DNA from: Catajapyx aquilonaris
Taxonomy: Eukaryota
Reading direction: 5' to 3'
Length of the DNA stretch: 20,000 nt
Assembly: GCA_000934665.2 (NCBI GenBank)
Contig: KZ538401.1
Span: forward strand, 54,491 to 74,490
The position numbers and the translations under genes are program-made. Positions 11,925 to 20,000 of the stretch are shown piece by piece (the first letter of the stretch is position 1; each line of letters begins with the position of its first letter). The notes under the pieces were generated by a model. That model was given only the letters and a program-made list of their open reading frames with translations, ran no database searches and was not told the origin of the DNA.

Positions 11925-13801
11925 AAAAAGAAATTGCAGATGAAACGCGTCTGATAATGATGCGCATTAAAATTCATGCAGTCAGGCAATTATAATAATC
12001 ATTATGCAAATCCAGGTTATGACAAGCGCAATTTTACCCTAATGCATTTTGCGCACTGCAATTTGTCACCTTAGAAATACGACTGGCTGTATAATGTTTA
12101 CGAGGAAAATGAGTCGCAAAACCTCTACTTGATGAGTCTAAATAAAGCGCCCCGTTCCATAAAACCAAGGCAACGACTAAAGTATCATTTCCACAAGAAC
12201 GGATGTGCTAGTAATCCAAATCTCAAGAGAATCAAGCTCGAAAAGTGAGGTATCATTACCGCGTTTTTGAGAATCCCCGAGACAATTACACCTCGAATGA
12301 AGTAATGAATAGGAAAAAGAAACGAGACGGACAGGCGAAAAAAAGGGCATGAAAATGACGAAGGTATTACAACATTCAACAGAGATGGACTAAATCCCTA
12401 GAGGTCGAGTCGGCAACACATATTCCGTATCCACTGGGCTCTGTTCCCAGATTATGGCCGCCCTTTCCTTGTCCACAAGGCGTCTCCCAGTCGCCGGAAA
12501 ATGGCGTAAAAAAAAACTGCCTTCCTCTTTTTATGGCTCTTCCACAGAGGCTTCATTGCAACTCCCATTCCAAGCTACCAACAAGGCCGGAAACCGGAAG
12601 GTTTCAGGCTTTTTTGTACCGGAAAAATCATGCGTCTTGCCTGCAGACTCATTCTCGCCAGATTTATTGTTTTTCCACCATCTTGATGCAGTAAGAAAAA
12701 AAAACACAACAAATCAATACTCTCATACAGGATAATAATCAATATCCGATACTTTCGGCGCAGTAAGAGTTCTCCACTTCAGTATGGGCCTCCCAAAAAA
12801 TTTTGGGTCCTGAAGGCTGCTGTTGGGATGGACGACAACACCAGACTTCAAAGCAAATCGGCTCAACTTGTACACTCGACATGCTGTGCAAGAAAGCATG
12901 CTCAAACAACGTCCTAAAGACTTTGCCAAGCAACTCCCGTCAACACGCAGGTCGGTTATTAAATCAGGAGCACAATATTGGGAGGCATAATCCGTCAAAG
13001 GTAGCGGCTACTTTATCGGAAGGGTAAATTTTCACTACCTTTAGCATTGCAAATCCGGAGGTACAGACTGCAGCTTCACTTATTCATGAACACATTAACT
13101 GACTTGAAGAGCTAAAAAGTCGCAGTATGCTGAGAGGAGGAAAAAATTTATTACTTTTGACATTTTTCAGGGTGTCGAAAAGAGAGCCTACGAATAAAAA
13201 GGGATGTCCTCTATTTTTGGATGTAAATTTTACCCACACGTGTGCATCCCATTCATTTCATTTGCAATGTCCCCATGCCATTACAATCCTAACACTTTTG
13301 GGATGGAATGGGGTTTTTGCAATAATGCCAAAAACGTACGAGTGTTGGGTCGACATCCCCCTCAAAAACCTACACCTACATGCATGTGGTGTGTTTTCCC
13401 TCCCCCGTGTGTTTGTGACAGCCCGCTAATTACAAAGGTCCAGAGCCGACAATATTAGGAAATGCGTCTAAATGAACAAAATGGGGGAGTCTGGAAGTAC
13501 AGGTCCAAAATCCCTCGACCGAATGTTTGCTCGTCTTGCTGCATGTTTGCTCCGAAAAGGGCTGTAATTGACAAAAGAGTGGTATCGAAAGAGAATGAAC
13601 CAGTGGATGGTAGGGAGGGGGGGGGTAGAGGGTTGGATCGAAAACATGACGATTCCCAGAGGAAATCAGCAGGACTTGAACTTTGAACGACGATTTCATT
13701 GGATCCGGGAAGCAGGCAGGTGATATTTTGGAGCCGATCCGGAAAAGTGCGCTGGTTTCCTTGGGAGTTTCATTCTTCTCGGCAAATGGCTAGAGCCATA
13801 T

Positions 13802-13806
<5 letters not shown>

Positions 13807-13832
<26 letters not shown>
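13807..13832 (+). repeat. (AG)13 microsatellite
   Basis: Read directly from the sequence. Confidence 0.95.
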
Positions 13833-14611
13833 TGCAAATGTATGGCCACAATATCTAGTTTCCTTCCCTCTTGTTTTCGCCAGCGTGTAATAGACCCCCC
13901 CTTTTTGGTGGTAGGAAATTCACAGCTTTGCCTTCCTTTCGCCGCCTTGGAAAAGCAAAGTTGTGGCCGAAAAGAGTACTAACTCCCCACATTTCATTTC
14001 CCGCAGCGAATTTTGGGCCACAATTTGCGAGGAGCATAGTCAGCCCCCACCACTCGTTTACCCAGCATTTACATGCTTTATTACGTGACTCCAGTCGCTG
14101 CAAAATGTGGTCTGGCAACAAATAACCGTCGAAATTGTGACCGACAGCTGAATGAGGACTTTAACAATCTTGGACATAAAAAATGTTGTTCGCGGCCAGC
14201 ATACGCCAGCGCGGATTTATCTGGCCGCCCCTTATCCCACGCACGCATTTCTTTCAATTACTGTCATATTTACATCTGACAGCTCTCCCGCTTTTTTACG
14301 GACAAACGTGCCTAACATGCCAACCCACAATTATTTCCAACCATCGTGGAAACCTTCCATTGGTGCTGCAATCATTTCGATGTCCCCATACTCATAACAG
14401 GGTGACCGCATTCCTATCAATCTCAAGTGATCCAGAAGGAGGTCCACTATTAGGTTCCCCCTTAAACCCAAACATATGTACACGTGTAAATAAATATATA
14501 AATAACATTCAACTCTATTAGGCTAGCTGTTAATAACGTGGCAAAAAGTAAAACAATTAAAAATTAAATTAGACATTTAAATCAAAACACAACTCCCATC
14601 ACCCCCAATAC

Positions 14612-15011
14612 TTTTTTTTGTTGTACCCCGTGCTAGGGCCCTAGGCCCTCTTAAGGGGGTGGAATACCACCATTAGGTGCAAGGGACAGGCTAGGGATAA
14701 TGAGGGGACACTAGTGCAAGTGTAATGTCTCAAGTTGGGAGTTGCGTGCAGTCCCTCAGGGGGCCCGTTCGCCAATATGAACCCCTAGATGCGGGTCAGG
14801 AAACCCCCACCGACACCGCACCTCCTCATGGACAGGATAGGAAAGTAAGGAAGCGGCTGTGGCCTATAATTATCATCCCAATACTTGATGAGATAATACA
14901 GTTAGTCATAACTTCTACTCCCAAATTATTGCACTCAATTTAGAACTTATTCTGACCAGTTTGCATTCAGTTCTCACTTATCCCAACCAACTTCCATCGG
15001 CCACGACACTC
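14612..15011 (-). mobile_element. Degenerate tRNA-derived SINE-like element (~400 bp)
   Basis: The minus strand begins GAGTGTCGTGGCCGATGG, which is A-box-like (one base short of TGGCCGAGTGG). It ends in a GC-rich segment GAGGGCCTAGGGCCCTAGCACGGGGTACAAC followed by an A8 tail (T-run at 14612-14619 on +). The internal + strand AAGGAAGCGGCTGTGGCCTA resembles a motif I recall from arthropod SINE bodies. No clear B box or TSD. Confidence 0.35.
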
Positions 15012-16550
15012 ATCCAGACGGATGCTTTCTTCACTTATGTAATCACGAGCAGAAGCAAGGATGGTGGCTGCGTGGTGCGATAGGTAACCCCAACATTCCA
15101 GTTCTTAAGCGAAATAAATAGGTAGATAATCCCTTAGGAAGGCACGCGGAGGGGGATGCCATAATCTGCGAGCTTTGGCTGGTTCCAATCTGGTTTGCGC
15201 AGCGTTTGCCAGCCACATCCTTGTGAATCAATATGCGGTTGTTCCCAATAAGACGTGGAAGTGGGACCGTGTCCAAACTGTATTACCCTAAGATAACAAA
15301 CGTCCAGCGATAAGGCCTCTTCTCTTGGAAGTGCAGTAGGAGGAAGGGAGGGAAAAGGCTATACCCAGTAGGCATTTGGGTCGGAAACTGCGCGTCCGTC
15401 TCTGTCCAGGGATAGACCAATAAAGGAGCATCCGCTGTGGAAAATGTGATGAGCCAAACGCGAACCGACTCATTACAGCTCACATCCGTTTGCTGTAGCC
15501 CCAGTGCCGGAACTCGTGGCATCAGCCATTCCCCCCTTTTCTTCCGCTTCAGGTGCTGGAAAATCGCAACCCCCTATATGTGCCGCCTATTCAAACCTGA
15601 CCTCCCACTTCAGTCCCGCCCACTGCCACGCAGAACCAGCTCCAGGCCTTCTTTTGTTGTTGCAATTCTGCTACTCTGCAGGGAAATAGAAAAACAACCA
15701 GGGCTAGATTATCTGGGAATGAACGGGTTGAATAAAGGGAATTTTTTGACCTACAGAATACTTTTGTCAAATAATGGATTAAGTTTGGGTGTGCTAATAT
15801 TTTATTGTTATGGACAGTGTTCGAGGAAGTGAAACAAAAATAGTATTGCCTAGTACTTTTTGCAGTATTCATGAGTGCATGTATTATCGGTGAAGTTTAT
15901 GGCATTTTTATCAGGAAATCGCACTTTGGCGTACTCCAACATGTTGTTGTTAGTTCGGGGGTTAAGGTGTAATGACACATTTGTTCCTAACAGTCCTTCC
16001 TGCATCAGAAAAATGGGATGAATATATATGCCAAAAATGTGGTCTAGACATAGTTGCAAACATCACGCTTTAGTTACACTGTGGAAAGTTTTTCAGCAAC
16101 ATTATTAGGCCCATGTTACAAACGAAATTGGGTCTGCAAGCCACAATGCATATGTTAAAATACATACACATATACCTATCCCAGGATCAAAATTAGGTTG
16201 CATATCAATGGTCTGGATGGCAGCAACAGTTATTGGATTTATGCATTAGCCCAGTTATATCTAGACCATGCATGTGGCCTTCATATAAAATTTTAAAGTG
16301 CTACAAGGGACAGCGTGTAGTTGAAAGTTGGAATTTTTCATATCAGTTATTAATAATGAATGAAGCTGCTACATAACGCTGCATGAAATAATTTGATTAA
16401 TTTTTGCTTCATTCACATAGCATGTGCAGAGTAGCAGCTATAGTCATATTAAACTCAGCAAGGCAACAGATTAAGATCAGGGGACTGTCCTAAGGTTGAT
16501 GGTCAGCCTTCCCTGTGGGCGATTTGAAGTCCAAATAAGGTTTTATACTA

Positions 16551-17061
16551 CAGGGTGACCCAAAAGTCTGGACACATAATATTGTATAGTGGGTTAGCAC
16601 AACTGGCAGGTAGTCAACTAGCAGAATTCTTGTTGACAATCAGTCAAAATTGAGTTTTTGGAAGACAATTGTGTGTTCTTACTTGTATTAGCCGGGCCCT
16701 TAAAAGCCTAATAATAGTAGCCTATACTAAATGCAAAATAATGCAAAATATGAAATGCAGTAATTTTATTTAAGAACGCCTTCAAAATGGTGTCCATCAT
16801 TAGCAATGGAAATTTCGGCGAGTTTTGCGAGATTCACATGATAAACATGATACATATTTCCGTCGATCTTAGCACATTCATGGATGATGCGTTCCTTCAG
16901 AAGATTAATATCCGTGATTTTCATTGAGTACAACTCTTCCGAGAGAAAGAAAGACACCTTGTCCCCAAGAGCTCAACTTTTACTGACTGTCAGCAACTGT
17001 CAGTTGTGCCAACCCACAATACAATAATTACCTATGTATCCAGACTTTGGGGTTCACCCTG
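16551..17061 (-). mobile_element. Non-autonomous Tc1/mariner-superfamily DNA transposon (internal deletion derivative, 511 bp, long imperfect TIRs)
   Basis: TA at 16549-16550 and 17062-17063 (TSD). Left end: CAGGGTGACCCAAAAGTCTGGACACATA...ATTGTATAGTGGGTTAGCACAACTGGCAG. Reverse complement of right end: CAGGGTGAACCCCAAAGTCTGGATACATA...ATTGTATTGTGGGTTGGCACAACTGACAG. Gapped similarity continues to about 16680 and 16947. Contains a transposase remnant. Confidence 0.92.
16766..16957 (-). pseudogene. C-terminal fragment of a Tc1/mariner-type DD-D transposase (rosa/DD41D- or maT-like)
   Basis: The ORF-track peptide LYSMKITDINLLKERIIHECAKIDGNMYHVYHVNLAKLAEISIANDGHHFEGVLK* matches the recalled C-terminal pattern VY..K...L..LK.RI......I...M...V..N..KR...CI..DG.HFE.LL that follows the last catalytic Asp. 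It lies between paired TIRs. The DNA-binding and catalytic domains are absent. Confidence 0.85.
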
Positions 17062-17213
17062 TAGTTTTGAGCCAGAAAATTTCCAAGGATTTGGTTTTGC
17101 AACCAAGCAACTGTAGCTTTGTTTCTTAGCTACAAGAGAGAAGCGGAGAGAAGGAAGAAGGGAGGGTGGGGGAAAGGCGATGATTTTGATGGCTGTTCAA
17201 TATCCGGTCTGTA

Positions 17214-17324
17214 CAGTGCTGGACATATTAGCAGTCCCTAAATATTTACTTAGCTGCCAGGTAACGCCAGCGCCGACTATGCAGAAAAATAATCATTTAG
17301 GGAGTGCTAATATGTCCAGCACTG
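17214..17324. mobile_element. 111-bp Tc1-type MITE
   Basis: 30-bp TIRs with 1 mismatch: CAGTGCTGGACATATTAGCAGTCCCTAAAT (17214-17243) and ATTTAGGGAGTGCTAATATGTCCAGCACTG (17295-17324). TA on both sides (17212-17213, 17325-17326). The CAGTG terminus is typical of Tc1-like elements. The reconstructed empty site is the palindrome TGTACA. Confidence 0.93.
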
Positions 17325-17464
17325 TACAAGAGTAAAGAGAGAGTGAAAAGGGGAATCCTTTCTCTGCTTATGCATCACCAAATGAAATTAATTATTGTTT
17401 CCACAACTTTTCTACTGTGGTCACAAGAGTGACATTGATTTCAAAGTTTGTAACTTACTTGTAT

Positions 17465-17494
17465 AACCGAGCAATGCCTGGTTCAATGCGCTAG
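17465..17494 (+). mobile_element. Probable Helitron 3' terminus (subterminal hairpin + CTAG)
   Basis: Imperfect hairpin AACCGAGC-AAT-GCCTGGTT (17465-17483), a 7-nt spacer, then CTAG (17491-17494) followed by T. This fits the canonical hairpin-CTRR|T arrangement. The 5' TC end was not identified. Confidence 0.45.
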
Positions 17495-17725
17495 TGTGTG
17501 ATAATTTCTTTCACCCTATTCAACAAAATTATTTTTTGTATGTACGCTGTACTCCCGATTATCCGGGCTATGGACTGCACTGATGTTGCCTGATAATCGG
17601 AAAACACATCGTACAATGGCCCTAGCCATCGTAAAAATGAGCTATTCACAGGTTTTTAGTGTACAACTGTAGAGAGAGTATGCTGCTTGGTTCATCAAGA
17701 TAATAAAACTTACCATAGATTTTTA

Positions 17726-17769
17726 CTTCTAGAAAATTCTAGAATTCTAGAAAATTTTGTCTTCTAGAA
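17726..17769. promoter_or_regulatory. Heat-shock element-like motif cluster (perfect 4-unit nTTCnnGAAnnTTCnnGAAn plus two extra TTCnnGAA)
   Basis: cTTCtaGAAaaTTCtaGAAt at 17726-17745. TTCTAGAA occurs four times, starting at 17727, 17737, 17745 and 17762. This is a motif match only; function is not shown. Confidence 0.5.
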
Positions 17770-17828
17770 AAAGTCTGTTATATTTCTTCGTTAGGGAGAC
17801 ATGCAGTACAGTATATTGAGAGTGGGTG

Positions 17829-17926
17829 GAATTTTTGTCCCACTGCTAGTTACTGCTAACTTAGCAGTACCAGTATTGGCATTGGTACTGCTAATTTGGC
17901 AGTATCTAGTAGAGGGACGAAAATTC
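17829..17926. repeat. 44-bp imperfect inverted repeat with 10-nt loop inside the pogo-like MITE
   Basis: Arms 17829-17872 and 17883-17926 are complementary at 38/44 positions by my manual alignment. Three of the six mismatches would be G-U pairs in + strand RNA. Confidence 0.9.
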
Positions 17927-19908
17927 GGACTTTAATTTTAAATTTTATTTTTTGGCGATCCACGGATAATCCTAATCCGGATAATCGGGAGTATAGTGTA
18001 ATTTTTAGCCGCTTAAAAACCCCCCTATCATACATCTGCACTTGAAGCACTGTTTCTTAAAAAGATGGTCACAAGACATAGTTCTTTCTACTCGAGTTTG
18101 GATGTAATTTTGGCTGTAATAATTTCTCCTAGAATCAACAGAGTCGTAAGCTGGTACTACTCTTTATTACACATGGCACAAACAGCATGTCCATCATGAG
18201 ACTTGAATCTGAACCACAGTCCTGTCCGCTTGTGAAGATGCTGAAACACCTGCACTTAAACTGTTAAAGAAGGACGCATGGTCCATGGTAGTCCTTGCAC
18301 AGGCATTGCTGAAAGTCCAGGTTCAATGTTGCACCTTTAAGAACACTAGCTATGATCCAAACCTTGCACTCTATAACCTCACGTAATTCGCCACCTAAAA
18401 ACATTTGGGAGTCGAGAATATCCGGAGAGTCAAATATGCTAAGGAATAGGGTTAGTTGCGAGAGTGCTCGACATAGGCTTGCAGAATATTGTTTCAGGTC
18501 TCTAAAAATGCCCCGATCGATATGTGGTTTTTGTCAAGAGGTAGCTAAAAATCAGTGTCGTCATAGGACTACGCTGACGATTTTTAAAAGGAATTTTTGT
18601 GTTAAATTAAGTGCCAAACGGTACTTATGTTGAGATGCGATAATTTCCAACTACACATGCGTTATCCATTATACGTACGTACTTCATATCCTACACAACC
18701 TTTGGGCCAAAAATATTCACTCGGCGGTCCTGGAATTAGTCATCGTTAAATATGAATTCACTTCCTTTGATGCCAGTGATGCAATTGTCCCTTTCATCCC
18801 CATCCACATACATGTTGAACATGTCTATTGATCCATTTTACTCACCCAAATCAAACATTTAAAAAATAATCTCGCCTCATTTGCATCTACATTTTGTAGA
18901 GCTGTGTTCCTGCGCCTAGTCTAGTCAAGAGGCACATTAATACAGGCCATGAATTTACCGGAGCCCAATCATAGAATGGGCCTCGGCGAGCCTAATCTCA
19001 CTTCCACCCCCCCTTCCCACATCCACACACACACCCATACACGTCCTTAGTGAGGCTTACTTTGGGATCGCCTCATGAAAAGCCCTGGGGCCCGCAGGGA
19101 TTTGAAGCTCAAGTCCGCATGTGAAAGGCGTGACATTTCAAACTCGGCGGGAATGTAATATTGTGGTAGTCTAGCAACTATGTTGGTCGTCCATGCGTGC
19201 CTACCCTTTCCTTTGCACCCCTGCGTTTTTTTTCCCCCCATACTTTTTCGCATGCTACCGGTCCAGCTGTCAGACTGATACGACTGGTTCAATTAGGAGG
19301 CTTGGCAGCCATTTGAAAAGAGCACTGCTAATTGGGCACAGTTTTCCCCCATCCAACCCTCCCATGCCTCCTACGCTGCCGGAATGAAAATGCAAATGTG
19401 TGCTGCGGGGGCGTGATGAGATATTCGCCCAGGCTGAACGATGCACAGTTGTAAGTAACACTCGCTTACATGGAAGTGAAAAATTGCATTGCATTCAGGC
19501 CGAATCATCACCTCTCCAGTTGGAAGGAGCGAAATATTACGGGCGTTAGTATGCTCCTGTTAAAAGGCAACCGGTCTTGCATGAGAAGGGAGTTTATCCT
19601 GACTCAGAACAGCAACCCAAGTGGCTCTCTTGAATGTCGGGTTGGCTGCATACCAGGTTAGAATCCTTCAAAAGGCCCCTAAGCTACTGTACACTGTACT
19701 ATCAGGTACTATACATCACAGTACAGCACAGCACAGTACTGCACATGTACTGCAGTGAGCCCTGGTAATATATTTCTCTGCAGCACATCTACTGTACCTC
19801 GATGGGAGCCAGGCACACGAAGCTCATACATTTTGACCCATCTGACACACTTAAATTTCCTCAAGGCGCAGAGATGTCTCGTATAATATCCTGGTCAGGG
19901 AGCATATA

Positions 19909-20000
19909 CAGGGTGGTCCAACTTTTTTGTCCGAACAGCTATCACGCAGCTATTGACAAATTCGGCCTAAGCTGCTTATGTTGTAGTGCGTTACCTGGCA
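19909..20000. mobile_element. Probable terminus of another Tc1/mariner-type element, truncated by the window edge
   Basis: TA (19907-19908) followed by CAGGGTGGTCCAACTTTT, the same TA|CAGGGTG..CCAA start as the 16551 element. It shares a 13-bp internal motif with the 17214 MITE. The partner TIR is not visible. Confidence 0.5.

Larger units (their letters stand above)
17545..17998. mobile_element. 454-bp pogo/Tigger-like MITE
   Basis: 22-bp TIRs at 20/22 identity: CGCTGTACTCCCGATTATCCGG (17545-17566) vs CACTATACTCCCGATTATCCGG, the reverse complement of 17977-17998. TA at 17543-17544 and 17999-18000. Subterminal copies of the TIR core occur at 17592-17600 (GATAATCGG) and 17963-17972 (CGGATAATCC), as in pogo-type ends. 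No coding capacity. Confidence 0.88.

Noticed and set aside
15139..15161. miR-124-like sequence AAGGCACGCGG...ATGCCA
   Set aside because: The middle differs from the highly conserved mature miR-124, and there is no complementary star arm upstream.
15953..15965. GGGGGTTAA as a piggyBac right end
   Set aside because: I found no matching TTAACCC left end upstream.
19685..19757. ACTGT/ACAGT/ACAGC-rich stretch as a structured element
   Set aside because: It is degenerate low-complexity pentamer sequence with no consistent period or termini.
1..20000. Short ORFs (60-131 aa) in the ORF track as protein-coding genes
   Set aside because: Their lengths are what chance gives in non-coding DNA, many start at non-ATG codons, and they overlap on both strands. 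Apart from 16766-16957, none resembles a protein family I recognise. Small spliced exons cannot be excluded.
1..20000. Prokaryotic or phage systems (CRISPR array, operons, defence or retron loci)
   Set aside because: There is no repeat-spacer array and no gene-dense structure. Microsatellites and TA-flanked MITEs point to a eukaryotic genome.

Overview
This window looks like non-coding eukaryotic DNA, most consistent with an invertebrate animal genome. It has no long ORF (longest 131 aa), contains (GA)n microsatellites and homopolymer runs, and shows no operon or CRISPR structure. I cannot support any intact protein-coding gene, tRNA or rRNA. The best-supported content is a dense cluster of small DNA transposons at 16.5-18.0 kb. 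It holds a 511-bp TA-flanked Tc1/mariner deletion derivative with long imperfect TIRs and a transposase C-terminal remnant, a 111-bp Tc1-type MITE, a probable Helitron 3' terminus, and a 454-bp pogo/Tigger-like MITE. That last element carries a perfect 4-unit heat-shock element and a 98-nt nested-palindrome hairpin. A further Tc1/mariner-type end opens at 19909 and runs off the window. Elsewhere there is a perfect 20-bp GC-rich inverted repeat at 5119-5171 lying between splice-like signals, a degenerate SINE-like stretch (14.6-15.0 kb) and a possible decayed LINE fragment (1-270). I find no convincing evidence of a new biological system. The most interesting leads are the MITE-borne HSE and hairpin, and the two nested-palindrome hairpins. 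Family assignments rest on recalled consensus motifs, not database searches.
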